Source of the DNA: an uncultured Methylomirabilota bacterium
Lineage (GTDB): Bacteria > Methylomirabilota > Methylomirabilia > Methylomirabilales > 2-02-FULL-66-22
DNA length: 64,000 bases
Direction: 5' to 3'
NCBI GenBank assembly: GCA_963705305.1
Contig: OY970067.1
Location: forward strand, 2,464,001 to 2,528,000
Both the position numbers and the translations under genes were made by a program. This document shows positions 50,453-60,337 of the stretch, one piece after another (the first letter of the stretch is position 1; every line of letters starts with the position of its first letter). Below the pieces are notes generated by a model, which was not told the origin of the DNA, made no database searches, and worked only from the letters and a program-made list of their open reading frames with translations.

Positions 50453-51972
50453 CCCTAATCTCCGGCTAAGAAGTTGAGGGGGATCGCGAATCACGCAGCG
50501 GCCCGCAGTGCGCGCGGCCCGCGGGGTTGGCATCGGCCTTGCTTGGTTTCACCCAGTGGGTGCAAACACCACAAGGAGGAGAGCGATGCCCGACACCTCG
50601 CCCCGGTTGCCGTTCGAGATCGATGACGCGATCGACCCCACGCTGGTCACGGGCCGGGCCGGGGTCCCGCTCGTGATCGAGCTGTTCCGCCAGCTCGGGG
50701 TGGCCCAGGCCGTCGACACCCACGTTGCGGTCAAGCAGCGGCAGCGCGGATTACCCCCCTCGCAGCTCGTGGAGAGTCTCGTCGCGTTGTGGACGAGCGG
50801 CGGGGACCGCTGCCAGGACCTCACGACGCTCCGGGAGGATCAGGCCCTGGCCACGCTGCTCGGCTACCCCCTGCCGGCCGCGACCACGGTCCGGGACTTC
50901 CTCGAGGCCTTCCACGTGGAGGACGGGCCGCTCTGGGTGGCCGGGCCCGCGGCCACGGTCCCCCTGGAGTCCGCCCCCTTGGCGGGCCTCGGACAGGCGA
51001 ACCGGACGCTGGTCGCGGGCGTCCAGCGCGGGGCCCGGGCGGCGACGGCCACCCTGGATGTGGACGCGACGCTCGTCGAGAGCCACAAGGACGCGGCGAC
51101 CGTGGCCTACGACGGGACCCGGGGCTACCAGCCCGTCGTGGTCCTCTGGGCCGAGCACGATGTCATCGTGCACGACCAGTTCCGCGATGGCCAGGTGCCC
51201 GCCGGGTGCGGCAACGTGCGCGTCCTCGAACAGGCGGTGGCCAACTTGCCCCAGGGCGTGGACCGCATCTCCCTGCGGGCCGACAGCGCCCTCTACGAGA
51301 CGGAGGTCCTCCGCTGGTGCGAGGAGAAGAAAATCGCCTACGCGATTAGCGCCGATATGTCCGCGCAGCTCCAGGCCGAGATCCGGCGCCTCCCCGCGGC
51401 CGCCTGGCAGCTCGAGCGGGAGGAGCCCGAGGCGATCCGGGCCTGGGCCGAAGTCCCCTACGTCCCCGAGGATGGCGATCACCGGAAGGCGCGGCCGTGC
51501 GTTCGCCGCTACCTCGCGGTGCGTATCCAGCGACGCCAGGGGAGCCTCTTCGCCGACGGGAGTAGCGTGCAGTACTTCGCCGTGGTCACCAATCGGCCGG
51601 AGGATGGGCTCACGATCCTCCGGTGGCACCGGGAGAAAGCAGGGACCATCGAGCACACCCATCACGTCCTCAAGACCGAGCTGGCGGCCGCCGCGCTGCC
51701 CAGCGGGAAGTTCGGGGCGAACGCCGCGTGGTTCCGCCTCAATGTGCTGACGTACAACTTGCTCACCGCCCTGAAGCGCTTGACCTTACCCGGAGATCTC
51801 CGGACCGCCCGGCCGAAGCGACTCCGGTTCCTGCTGTTCAACACCGTCGGGAAGGTCGTCGCGCATGCCCGGCAGACGCTCTTGCGGCTCTCGGCCGCCC
51901 TGCAGCATGCCTTACTCCACCGGGTCCGACGCAAGATCGCCCGACTGGCCCCGGCTTAGTCGGAGATTAGGG
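50453..51972 (+). mobile_element. IS1380-family insertion sequence
   Basis: 18-bp TIRs CCCTAATCTCCG(G/A)CTAAG (17/18); 5-bp TSD ACCCG at 50448-50452 and 51973-51977. Confidence 0.92.
50586..51959 (+). CDS. IS1380-family DDE transposase
   Basis: LDVDAT, GYQP, LRADSA, IEHTHHVLK, FGANAAW. Confidence 0.92.
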   Translation: MPDTSPRLPFEIDDAIDPTLVTGRAGVPLVIELFRQLGVAQAVDTHVAVKQRQRGLPPSQLVESLVALWTSGGDRCQDLTTLREDQALATLLGYPLPAATTVRDFLEAFHVEDGPLWVAGPAATVPLESAPLAGLGQANRTLVAGVQRGARAATATLDVDATLVESHKDAATVAYDGTRGYQPVVVLWAEHDVIVHDQFRDGQVPAGCGNVRVLEQAVANLPQGVDRISLRADSALYETEVLRWCEEKKIAYAISADMSAQLQAEIRRLPAAAWQLEREEPEAIRAWAEVPYVPEDGDHRKARPCVRRYLAVRIQRRQGSLFADGSSVQYFAVVTNRPEDGLTILRWHREKAGTIEHTHHVLKTELAAAALPSGKFGANAAWFRLNVLTYNLLTALKRLTLPGDLRTARPKRLRFLLFNTVGKVVAHARQTLLRLSAALQHALLHRVRRKIARLAPA

Positions 51973-51977
51973 ACCCG

Positions 51978-52727
51978 TCATGTCGTCCGGACCCGTCCTC
52001 TGAAGCGCTTCGGTGGCGGGTTGGCGCACCGCCGTGGGACGGCGCGGGTGCCCTGCACCGCCCGGGCCCGATCAAAAATCTGCTGGAGCATGGCTGCGGT
52101 GAGGCGACCCGTCTGGGTGTTTTGCTGGCTCGGATGGTAGGAGGCGAGAAGGGTGATCCCGCCGGGAAGGCTCGCCTCGGCCCCATGAGCGAAGCGGGGG
52201 CGAGGGGTCGGCAGGTCGCGGCCGGCCTCTTGCCAGGCGCCGAGGAACGCGTCGAACCCGATGCGTCCCAGCGCCACGACGACCCGCAGCCGCCGCAGCA
52301 GGCGAAGCTCGCGGAGAAAGAAGGGCCGGCAGGCGATCATCTCCTCCCGGTCGGGACGGTTCTTGGGCGGGGCACAACGGACGGGCGCGGTCATGTAGCA
52401 GCCGAGCAGCCGCAGGCCGTCCTGCCGATCCCGCGAGACCGGCTGGCTGGCGAAGCCGGACCGGTAGAGGGCGCGGATGAGAAAATCTCCGCTGCGATCC
52501 CCCGTGAACATGCGGCCGGTGCGGTTTCCGCCGTGGGCCGCGGGGGCCAGGCCGACGATCAAGAGGGTGCCCCGCGGATCGCCGAAGCCCGGAAGCGGCT
52601 TGCCCCAGTATTTCTCTCCGCGGAAGCGGCGCACTTTCTCGCGCGCGACCTGCTCGCGGTAGGCGACCAGCCGCGGGCAGATCCGACAGATCACCACCTC
52701 CGCTCCGAGCTTCCGGAAAGAGTCCAT
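51978..52727 (-). CDS. udgB: Uracil-DNA glycosylase family 5
   Basis: CRICPRL, GLAPAAHGGNRTGRMFTGD, YHPSQQN. Confidence 0.93.
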   Translation of the reverse strand: MDSFRKLGAEVVICRICPRLVAYREQVAREKVRRFRGEKYWGKPLPGFGDPRGTLLIVGLAPAAHGGNRTGRMFTGDRSGDFLIRALYRSGFASQPVSRDRQDGLRLLGCYMTAPVRCAPPKNRPDREEMIACRPFFLRELRLLRRLRVVVALGRIGFDAFLGAWQEAGRDLPTPRPRFAHGAEASLPGGITLLASYHPSQQNTQTGRLTAAMLQQIFDRARAVQGTRAVPRRCANPPPKRFRGRVRTT

Positions 52728-52755
52728 CTCGGTTCCCGCTCCAGAATCCCGGCCC

Positions 52756-53160
52756 TCACAGGCCCCAGCTGAACGTGCGCCGGGGGGTGACCTCGATGAT
52801 GGCCCCGTCGCCCTCCTCCAGGGAGGCATACCCCTCGTACTGGGGGTAGCGCTGGTAGAGGCGCCTGCGCAGGCGACGGAACTCGGGACCGCCAAGGATG
52901 ATGCGGGCGGTACCGCGGATCAGGATGCCGCGCAGGTGAGCCCAGGCCTCCGTGTACTCATCGAAGACGAGGGCCAGCTGCGGGGTGGCCCGGATGTTCC
53001 GCACCTTGACGGCCGCCGCCTCGGAGGCGAAGACTACATGCTCCCCGTCAAGGAGGGGACAGACGGGAACGTTGTGGGGCGCCCCGTCGCGACCCACGGT
53101 CGCCACGCGGCAGACTCGCTGGTAGACGATGAACTCCCGCTCCGCCTTCTTCAGGCGCAT
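52756..53160 (-). CDS. Pyridoxamine 5'-phosphate oxidase family (PPOX-like) protein
   Basis: RVATVGRDGAPHNVPV, KVRNI, DEYTEAW, SWGL. Confidence 0.88.
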   Translation of the reverse strand: MRLKKAEREFIVYQRVCRVATVGRDGAPHNVPVCPLLDGEHVVFASEAAAVKVRNIRATPQLALVFDEYTEAWAHLRGILIRGTARIILGGPEFRRLRRRLYQRYPQYEGYASLEEGDGAIIEVTPRRTFSWGL

Positions 53161-53220
53161 GGCCCACTCCTTTGCAGCATTCCGCAACTGCATGCCGCCG
53201 CGGCGACGCGGGAGGAAGGA

Positions 53221-53406
53221 TCAGTCCGCCTCGACCCGCTTCACCAGGATCCGGGTTCCTCGATCCGACTCCGTCTCGGGACAGCGCAGCTCGAGATCGG
53301 CCTCGGCCTCCCTCCCCTCCACCTTCAGGGAAAGAATTCCGCCGTTCCACAGGTGGGCGATCTCGGTCCGGCTGAGCTTTACCGTCGCGCGCAATTCCAC
53401 CGACAT
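53221..53406 (-). CDS. Hypothetical protein (61 aa)
   Basis: GGAGG RBS; lies between co-oriented genes. Confidence 0.55.
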   Translation of the reverse strand: MSVELRATVKLSRTEIAHLWNGGILSLKVEGREAEADLELRCPETESDRGTRILVKRVEAD

Positions 53407-53422
53407 GGGCGCCTCCAGAGGA

Positions 53423-53986
53423 TCAATCCGACGGGCGTCGGCGGGGGCGGCCGGGTCCCACGAGCTGGCGCACGGTCTTGGCGCCGCAGAACCGGGCCGC
53501 GTCTGGGAATCGGAACACCACCCGCAGGCGGTCCGGATTTGTGATGGGCCGTGGAAGGCGGAAGAGCGGCCCAAGGTCGAACCGGTAATAGCGGGCCTGC
53601 TGCCCCCGGCGTCCGGGCCAGGCTAGTCCCGGCAGCTGGCTGCGGCGGACGCGGGACACCCGCTGGACAGCGGCGTATTCCTGGACGAGGCCGGCAGAGA
53701 GCCCGAACCGGGCAGAGGGCTGGTAAAGGGCGATGAAAGAGACCCCGATTCGTGAGGCGGCGATGGCGGAGACGGGGACATGGTAATAATGCAGCCGCCG
53801 GATCAACTCCAGATGCTCCGGCCCACGGACCGGCCCTACCATCAGCGACCGCGTTTGGTTTCCCTCGGCCACGGCCAGGACGCGCGGGCGAAATCGAGCC
53901 GGATACCCCGTCGCCCGCGTGCCGGGGGCGTCCGGGCGATCGAGCCGAGCCGGACGGCGGCCAGGCGCATCCGACGGAGGCCTCAT
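53423..53986 (-). CDS. Stand-alone PUA-like domain protein (resembles restriction-associated reader domains)
   Basis: MVGPVR...YYHVP...FIALYQP...EYAAV...YYRFDL...LPRPI; start uncertain. Confidence 0.6.
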   Translation of the reverse strand: MRPPSDAPGRRPARLDRPDAPGTRATGYPARFRPRVLAVAEGNQTRSLMVGPVRGPEHLELIRRLHYYHVPVSAIAASRIGVSFIALYQPSARFGLSAGLVQEYAAVQRVSRVRRSQLPGLAWPGRRGQQARYYRFDLGPLFRLPRPITNPDRLRVVFRFPDAARFCGAKTVRQLVGPGRPRRRPSD

Positions 53987-54032
53987 GGGGCCACCGTAAC
54001 ACAGAATCGCCGATTTTTCCAGGCACCGACCG

Positions 54033-54452
54033 TTGGAGAACCCGGGCCGCCACCACGGCCAACAATGCCTGCCTGGCCGGGGCCTGGGTCCCGCCCTGGT
54101 CTTCGGGATTCCCGGCGACCCCATCACTGCCATCCTGATGTTCTGCGTGGTGGGGTCCTTCGCCATCAACAATGATACCTTCGACATCGGCATGATGCTG
54201 GCGATGGGTATCCTGGGCTACGTCTTCGAGGCCAACGGGATCCCCGTGGCCCCCGTGGTCCTGGGGCTCGTCCTGGGCCCCATCCTGGAGCAGAACTTCA
54301 TGGTGAGCATGATCAAGACGCAGTGGAGCCTGGTGCCGTTCTTCACCCGCCCCGTGGCGGCGCTCCTCGGCGTCATGACCATCCTGACCTGGCTCGTTCC
54401 CCTCTACCCGACCATCTTCGGCTGGCTCCGCCGCCGCCCGGCGTCCGGCTGA
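54033..54452 (+). pseudogene. TctA tripartite tricarboxylate transporter remnant
   Basis: ANNA..GAWVP(fs)ALVFGIPGD fused directly to the C-terminal FCVVGSFAINN...LGPILEQNF. Confidence 0.8.
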
Positions 54453-54481
54453 CGGTCGCGTCGGGCCAGCCGACACGCGCC

Positions 54482-54612
54482 GAATCTCTCCGGGGCACCT
54501 CCACGCCACCCACCTCTGCTGGGCCAGCGGGAATGGCCCGGACATCGTCCAGGAGCAGCATGGACAGGCGAACATCAGGATCGCGACGACCTACGAAAAA
54601 GTCGGTTTGACC
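54482..54612 (+). pseudogene. Degenerate tyrosine recombinase C-terminal fragment
   Basis: SLR(fs)HLHATHL...IVQEQHGQANIRIATTY follows the HxLRH...VQExLGH...TTxxY pattern. Confidence 0.5.
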
Positions 54613-55050
54613 CAGATCGTGGCGCCCGTCGCCTCGGACCGAGCCGACTGGGCGTGCCGGGCCTTGCCAGCCCGAGTGCCCATGAGGGTTCGTCTCCCCC
54701 CCGGACTGCCAAGTGAGCAAAAGTCCCCAGTCCGCCCCGGCATGTGTTTCCGCCGCCAGACGCCAGATGCCTCCGCATCCTCGCTCTTGGCCCTGGCTCC
54801 CAGAGCCCGTTCGTCCCCCTAATCACGCTTATGCTCCTCGCCTCAGAGCCCCTGCTGGGGTGATGACGGGGTCGGCCTGCGATCCCACGGACCGGGAGGG
54901 GCACATCCGAAACAAACCGTCGCGCGAGGAATTCGCCAATTCCGCAAGCATGACTACCGTCGCGGATTAGCAGGAGAAGGCCACGCAAACGGGCGCTGGG
55001 ATAGGGGCGGCGCTTCTATCGTCGAAATGGAGCAACACCTTGAGAAGAGT

Positions 55051-55114
55051 GTCTAACAACCGGTTCCAGCGGACGGTCCGCTACGCAGCTCGCCGCTGAA
55101 CCTGAGCGTTGGAC
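55051..55114 (+). mobile_element. Integron attC site
   Basis: GTCTAAC-AACCG-GTTCCAGC...GCTGAAC-CTGAGC-GTTGGAC; canonical box spacing. Confidence 0.88.
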
Positions 55115-55132
55115 GGCTGGACTGCGGAACTC

Positions 55133-55380
55133 ATGACATCGCGAGGCGCACGAAACCCCAGACTTGGCTATGCCGGGTGGGTGACTGCAGGTCGTCACCT
55201 TGGGCTGGCAGCTGTAGCAAGGGCCTACGTGGCACGCCATCGTGCGGGGGCGAAGGCAGAACTCGATGCCTTCACCAACGAACCCATTTTGGCTACGGCC
55301 GTGAAACGTGCGGGCCTTGCTCAACGGAAGACTCGCCGGGGCTATCGGCCCTTCGATCATCCGCGTCGGCTGCCTCTTCA
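55133..55380 (+). pseudogene. Probable cassette gene remnant
   Basis: ATG 19 nt after the attC R' box; lower GC; ORF loses protein-like character after HPRRLP. Confidence 0.4.
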
Positions 55381-55485
55381 TGTGAGACGGGACGTTGCAT
55401 TATCTGTCATATCATTGAGAGTGTGCAGGGACGAGGGGCGCACGGCCCCGGGGGCAGATGGCCGACCGCTGCTTCCACCTCGCCT

Positions 55486-55640
55486 TCAGGGCAGGGTGAT
55501 GATCTCCACCCAGTTCGGATTCCTTCCCATCGGATAGTCCTTTAGCTTCGTCAACCTTCCCGAACCAGGGTCGAGATGGTAGCTCGACAGGCGGTGAGAG
55601 CGCTGACTGACGGCGAGCAGGTAGCGGCCGGCAGGGCGAC
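55486..55640 (-). pseudogene. Lactonase (Pgl-like beta-propeller) C-terminal fragment
   Basis: PAGRYLLAVSQRSHRLSSYHLDPGSGRLTKLKDYPMGRNPNWVEII*. Confidence 0.65.
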
Positions 55641-55672
55641 GGTCGAACGCTGTCGCAACGGGGACGGGCGGC

Positions 55673-55876
55673 TCAGCCCTCCCAGCCGGGATGGCTGAGG
55701 AATTCGCGGGTGCGGGGGACCTGCGGGGCGTCGAAGATCTGCGCGGGGGGCCCCTGCTCGATGACGGCGCCGCGCTCGAAGACCACCACCCAGTCTGCGA
55801 CCCGGCGCGCGAAGGTCATCTCGTGGGTCACGACGATCATGGTGCGCCCTTCGCCGGCGAGGCCGACCTCGTCCAT
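55673..55876 (-). pseudogene. Amino-acid ABC ATPase C-terminal fragment
   Basis: DEVGLA fused to GEGRTMIVVTHEMTFARRVAD...RTREFL; no Walker A or B. Confidence 0.8.
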
Positions 55877-55877
55877 C

Positions 55878-56582
55878 TCACATCACCCCCGTCTTTTCCG
55901 CCAGTGTTTGCAGGTCTGGAACTTCCAGATCGGGCTGGGCGCGTGCCGGGGGCGTGGCTCCGAAGCCTGCTTGATTGTGCCGCCTGTTGACCCAGACGGT
56001 TGACAAGCCAAGGGCTTTGGCCGGAGCCACGTCGTGAAAGAGGCTCTGGGCCACGTGGAGGATCTTGTTCCTGGGCAATCCCATCCGCTGAAACGCCACG
56101 TGAAAGTTATTCAAGGACGGCTTGTAGGATCGGGCCTGCTGCGCCGTGATCACCCAGTCGAATTGCACCTGGAGACGCTGTGCGGAAAAGGCAAAGAGGT
56201 CGTCGTCGATATTGGAAATGATGGCGAGCCGGTACTTCTTCTTCAACGCCTGCAAAGCACGGGCTGAGTCCGGAAAGGCGGGCCAATCCTTGACCGACTC
56301 GGAGAACTGCTGCAATTCCATGGGAGTTGGTGCAAAGCCCAGCCGGGCGCCCAGCCCCTCCATCACCATGCGGAGCACCGTCCGGTATTCGTGGTATTCT
56401 CCGCGCTCGACTTCGGACTCCAGTTCGCCGTAATGCTCGAGTGCCGTGTCCTTCGGGGCGGCGAGGCGACGCTTCGTCAGGATGGGCTGCAGGACCTGCC
56501 AGATGCCGAACTCCCAGTCAATCAGCGTGCCGTAGCAGTCGAAGGTCAGCGCGTCGAAGTCGTCGAAGTGCAGCACGGTCAT
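55878..56582 (-). CDS. Haloacid dehalogenase type II
   Basis: TFDCYGTLIDWE, SNID, SYKP, HVAQSLFHD. Confidence 0.92.
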   Translation of the reverse strand: MTVLHFDDFDALTFDCYGTLIDWEFGIWQVLQPILTKRRLAAPKDTALEHYGELESEVERGEYHEYRTVLRMVMEGLGARLGFAPTPMELQQFSESVKDWPAFPDSARALQALKKKYRLAIISNIDDDLFAFSAQRLQVQFDWVITAQQARSYKPSLNNFHVAFQRMGLPRNKILHVAQSLFHDVAPAKALGLSTVWVNRRHNQAGFGATPPARAQPDLEVPDLQTLAEKTGVM

Positions 56583-56738
56583 CCTCCGGAAGAAGGTGGC
56601 ATCAGTGAAGCGCCCACGCCCGGGTTGCACCGCCGTGCCGACTGAACCCGCCCGCTGCCCACGTTCCAGATGCTCTCCGTGGTCCGGATTCTCGGCTCGC
56701 GGCCGGGCCCCAGCGACATAGGAGCCGCCAGCTCTCCA

Positions 56739-57380
56739 TCATTCCTGTGGTTTCGCCGGACGAAGGCGAGCCATGGCCTCGGCAATCTTGTGCGAATCCC
56801 CGTCCGGGCGGCGCCGCAGCTCCCTGATGATGTTGTCGAAGTCCCCGGCGCTGCGATTCTGGCTGAGCTTGAAACTGGCTTCTATCCCGGTGACGGCGAT
56901 CGAGAACCCCACGACCCCCTTCATCATTGTATCTACGAAATCCGCCGGAAGGCTGGCCAGGTCGTAGCGCGGCGTCGAATCGGTGCCGGCCTCATGCCGT
57001 TTCACGAGACGCTCGAGCAGGCGGTACAGCTCGTTGCGATCGTCGATGATTCGGGGCGTCCCGTACACGTGTGCAGAAAGGTAATCCCACGTGGGCACGG
57101 CCTGCACCGTGTACCAGGTCGGCGAGATGTACGTGTGCGGCCCCTGAAATATCGTCAGCACCTCGGCCTCGGGTCGAAAGGTGCGCCATTGCGGATTCCC
57201 GCGGGCCATGTGGCCGCTCAGGCGGAGAATTCCCGTTGGGTCTTCCTCGAGCTCGACGAGCAGATGGGAGGCGATCGGCCGAGTCCCGTCCCAGGACACA
57301 ACGGTCGCGAAGTCGTGGGTCCGAATAAGTGTCTTGATCCGGTCGAGATCGGCTTCTTTGAAATGCGACGGTACGTACAT
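56739..57380 (-). CDS. paiB: FMN-binding PaiB family protein
   Basis: MYVPSHF, GHMARGNPQW, YISPTWY, VPTWDY, KLSQN. Confidence 0.92.
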   Translation of the reverse strand: MYVPSHFKEADLDRIKTLIRTHDFATVVSWDGTRPIASHLLVELEEDPTGILRLSGHMARGNPQWRTFRPEAEVLTIFQGPHTYISPTWYTVQAVPTWDYLSAHVYGTPRIIDDRNELYRLLERLVKRHEAGTDSTPRYDLASLPADFVDTMMKGVVGFSIAVTGIEASFKLSQNRSAGDFDNIIRELRRRPDGDSHKIAEAMARLRPAKPQE

Positions 57381-57392
57381 CGTTGCTGCCTC

Positions 57393-58085
57393 CTAGCACA
57401 TCAGCGCGCCGGCCTCGGCCAGCCACCGGGGCAGGTTCCCCACCGTCTCCAGGATGGCCGAGTGGGGATGCGCCTCGAGCTGGGCCCGGGTATGCGCGCC
57501 GGTCAGCACGCCAATGCTCCATCCCACGCCGGCGGCGGCCGCCGCCTCCAGGTCCGACACCGTGTCCCCCACCACCAGCACGGCTGCCGGGTCCACCACC
57601 CCCGCCAGGCGCATCGCGGCATGAATGAGGTCCGGGGCAGGCCGTCCTCGACGCACGTCATCGCCGGTGATGAGGCCCCGCAGGCCGAGGGTATCCCACC
57701 CCAGGCTCTGCACCAGCAGGTAGGCGGTGTCCCGATCCAGTCCTGTGGTGAGCACGACGTCAATCCCGCCCCCACGAAAGCCCTCGAAGACGGACTCGGC
57801 ACCCGGGGTCGGCTGGGCGTTCGCGCGGTAGGCCCGTCGCAGGGAATCCTGGAAGCGCTCGAAGACGACTCGGGAGAGCTCCGGGGCGCTCCCCGCCGTC
57901 GCTGGATCCGCCGCGAGCAGGTCCGAGATGGCCTCCCGCTTCGAGCGACCCCGAACCCCGGCGACCGCCGCGTCGGACAGCTTGACGCCGACGCTCGAGA
58001 GCGCCCTGCGAAACGACGAGGGCACTTCATCCCCGGCATGGACGGTTGTCCCCACCATATCGAAGACGGCAAGGCGTAGCCTCAC
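57393..58085 (-). CDS. Phosphonatase-like HAD hydrolase
   Basis: FDMVGTTV, GRPAPDLI, VGDTVSD, GVLTGAH. Confidence 0.88.
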   Translation of the reverse strand: MRLRLAVFDMVGTTVHAGDEVPSSFRRALSSVGVKLSDAAVAGVRGRSKREAISDLLAADPATAGSAPELSRVVFERFQDSLRRAYRANAQPTPGAESVFEGFRGGGIDVVLTTGLDRDTAYLLVQSLGWDTLGLRGLITGDDVRRGRPAPDLIHAAMRLAGVVDPAAVLVVGDTVSDLEAAAAAGVGWSIGVLTGAHTRAQLEAHPHSAILETVGNLPRWLAEAGALMC

Positions 58086-58266
58086 GCTGTCGCCCTCCTG
58101 GGGCCTGCCTGTTCTCGCGAGCAGCCACGGGTGAGCGCCGTCATCGGCGTTGCGAGCCACCAAGTGACAAAAGCGGCCCGAAGCATAGCTCCATGCCTCC
58201 GCGTCAGATCGCCAAGCAACTCACTTTCTTACCAGCGTCCTCTTTCCATCATTTCCGGCCATCCCG

Positions 58267-58809
58267 TTACCGCCCGGCCTGGAGATCGTCCAGGACGGCC
58301 TCGTACGTCCGGAGCGCAGCCTCGCCGAACAGGACGAAGCGCACCAGGCCGATCTCGGGATGGGCCACGAGATAGTCTCGGGCGGTCGTGAGGGCGATTC
58401 GGGCGGCCTCGGGCAGCGGATAGCCATACGCCCCCGTGCTGATGGAGGGGAAGGCCAAGCTCTTGATTCCCCGCTCGGAGGCAAGCTGGAGGCTGCTCCG
58501 GTAGGCGCCGGTCAGAAGCGCCGGCTCGCCGTGGCGGCCGTCGCGGTAGACCCGCCCCACGGTGTGAATGACCCATCGGGCCGGGAGCCGCCCCCCGCCG
58601 GTGATGCGGGCCTCGCCGGTGGGGCAGCCGCCGATCTTCTTGCACTCTTCCAGGATCTGCGGCCCCCCGGCCCGGTGAATGGCCCCATCCACGCCGCCCC
58701 CTCCCAGCAGCCTGGTGTTGGCGGCGTTGACGATGGCCTCGGTCTCCTGTCGCGTAATATCCCCTTCGACGAGCTCCAGGCGCGCGGCGCCGATCTGAAC
58801 GCTCCGCAT
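58267..58809 (-). CDS. ymdB: Macro domain O-acetyl-ADP-ribose deacetylase
   Basis: GDIT, IVNAAN, GGGGVDGAIHRAGG, ISTGAYGYP. Confidence 0.93.
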   Translation of the reverse strand: MRSVQIGAARLELVEGDITRQETEAIVNAANTRLLGGGGVDGAIHRAGGPQILEECKKIGGCPTGEARITGGGRLPARWVIHTVGRVYRDGRHGEPALLTGAYRSSLQLASERGIKSLAFPSISTGAYGYPLPEAARIALTTARDYLVAHPEIGLVRFVLFGEAALRTYEAVLDDLQAGR

Positions 58810-58875
58810 GCCTCCCCTCCCTCAGCAGCCAGGATGCCGGCCGCATCGGCGGGCCCGGCGGGCAGGCCGGTCCCG

Positions 58876-59673
58876 TCAGCGGATCCACGTCTCCTGCAGG
58901 CGGGCGAACTCCCCCTTCAGCTTCATCAGGTCCACCCACAGGTTGACGTAGTTGATCCAGGCCGGATCGTCCCGCGGCAGGAGGTATCCGAAATCGTCCT
59001 TGGTATAGGTGTTCTCCGGCGCTACGGCGAAGAGGCGCGGCTCTTGCTTGGCGATCAGCATGGCCTCAACGTTGTCCGTAATCATCACGTCCAGGTCGCC
59101 CGCCAGGATCTTGTCGGGGATGCTGAGGTTCTTCTCCACGACGACGATCGTGGCCTGCTTGATGTTTGCATCCACGAACCGCTGGTTGGTCCCGCCGGGG
59201 TTCACCCCGATCTTCACGCCTGGCCGGTCGATGTCCGCCAGCGTCTTGAAGCGCTCCCGGTCGGCCGCCCGGATGAGGGGGGACTTGCCGACATTGATGT
59301 ACGCGTGGGAGAGCGCCGCCACCCGCTGGCGCGCCAGGGTCCGGGTGATGCCGGTCATGGCGATATCGTACTGGTCGTCCTGGATGCCCTTCAGCAGGGT
59401 CGGCCAGGTGGTCTTGACGAACTGGACCTTCACCCCCAGGGAATCGGCCAGGAGCCGGGCCGCATCGATGTCGTGCCCTTCGTAGTCATTGGTGGCCGGG
59501 TTCAGGAAGCTGAAGGGCTTGTAGTCCCCCGTCGTCCCGACGCGGAGGACGCCACGCTGGACGATCTGATCCAGGCGGGAAGTCGTCTGGGCCTGGGCGA
59601 GGCCGGCCGTAAGCGCGACCAGCAGCAGGACCAGCCAGACGGATAGGACATGCCGGCTTCGTGTGAAGTGCAT
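58876..59673 (-). CDS. Cyclohexadienyl dehydratase-like periplasmic binding protein
   Basis: Signal peptide, VGTTGDYKPF, NPGGTN, MITDNVEA. Confidence 0.88.
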   Translation of the reverse strand: MHFTRSRHVLSVWLVLLLVALTAGLAQAQTTSRLDQIVQRGVLRVGTTGDYKPFSFLNPATNDYEGHDIDAARLLADSLGVKVQFVKTTWPTLLKGIQDDQYDIAMTGITRTLARQRVAALSHAYINVGKSPLIRAADRERFKTLADIDRPGVKIGVNPGGTNQRFVDANIKQATIVVVEKNLSIPDKILAGDLDVMITDNVEAMLIAKQEPRLFAVAPENTYTKDDFGYLLPRDDPAWINYVNLWVDLMKLKGEFARLQETWIR

Positions 59674-60031
59674 GGGACCCCTCCTTGTAGGTGTGTCGAA
59701 GTACCGGAAACCGCCGGACACGCTGCCCGGCGAGTCTAGCGGGGAGACCCCGTTGGGTGTGCCAACCGCCCCTCAGCCCAGCGACGGAACCATCGCCCTC
59801 CCTGCCGCTCGACGAGTTTCGTGGTCAGGACGGCGAGGACCGGCAGGACGATGAGCGGGACGGGCGAACGGGTCCCCGCCCGCCGGACGGCCCACACCAG
59901 GACGCCGACGGCCTGCAAGAACATCCCCGTGCCGATCCGGCGGCCATGTTGGCGCCGACCCCTCGCGCGTTGAATCCTCTCCGCCGCCCATCCCGGCAGG
60001 CAGCAATGACCCAAAAATGCAGAAACGCATT

Positions 60032-60124
60032 TCACACAAAGACGCCAGGGGCGCCCAAGAGAGAATTCGAACTTCGAAATTGAAGAAGGCTTCTCTTGGC
60101 GATCTTCGCGATCTTGGCGAGAGA
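60032..60124. repeat. Inverted about 9-nt unit repeat (same style as 7799-7945)
   Basis: CACAAAGA-CGCCAGGGG-CGCCCAAGAGAGAA facing TTCTCTTGGCGAT-CTTCGCGAT-CTTGGCGAGA. Confidence 0.55.
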
Positions 60125-60187
60125 TCGGGATTCGGGACGCGGTTAGATTACCCCGGTTCGGGCGAAGGATCAAGGGCCGGCAGCGAC

Positions 60188-60337
60188 CCCAAATCTCCGG
60201 CTAACCTGTGCATCGCCTCTACGGGGCGCCACCCGTCGGGTGCGACCAGGTCCGAGGCGGGCAGCCGGCCCCGCAGCCATGAATGCGGGCGCGACTCATG
60301 TGCGCTACCGGCCTGCGACGTTAGCCGGAAATTAAGG
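60188..60337. mobile_element. 150-bp MITE related to the IS1380 element
   Basis: Ends match the IS left TIR 16/18 and 15/18; 5-bp TSD GCGAC at 60183-60187 and 60338-60342. Confidence 0.85.

Noticed and set aside
60199..60326. Third attC (GGCTAAC...GTTAGCC)
   Set aside because: No L boxes or continuous hairpin; better explained as MITE TIRs with a 5-bp TSD
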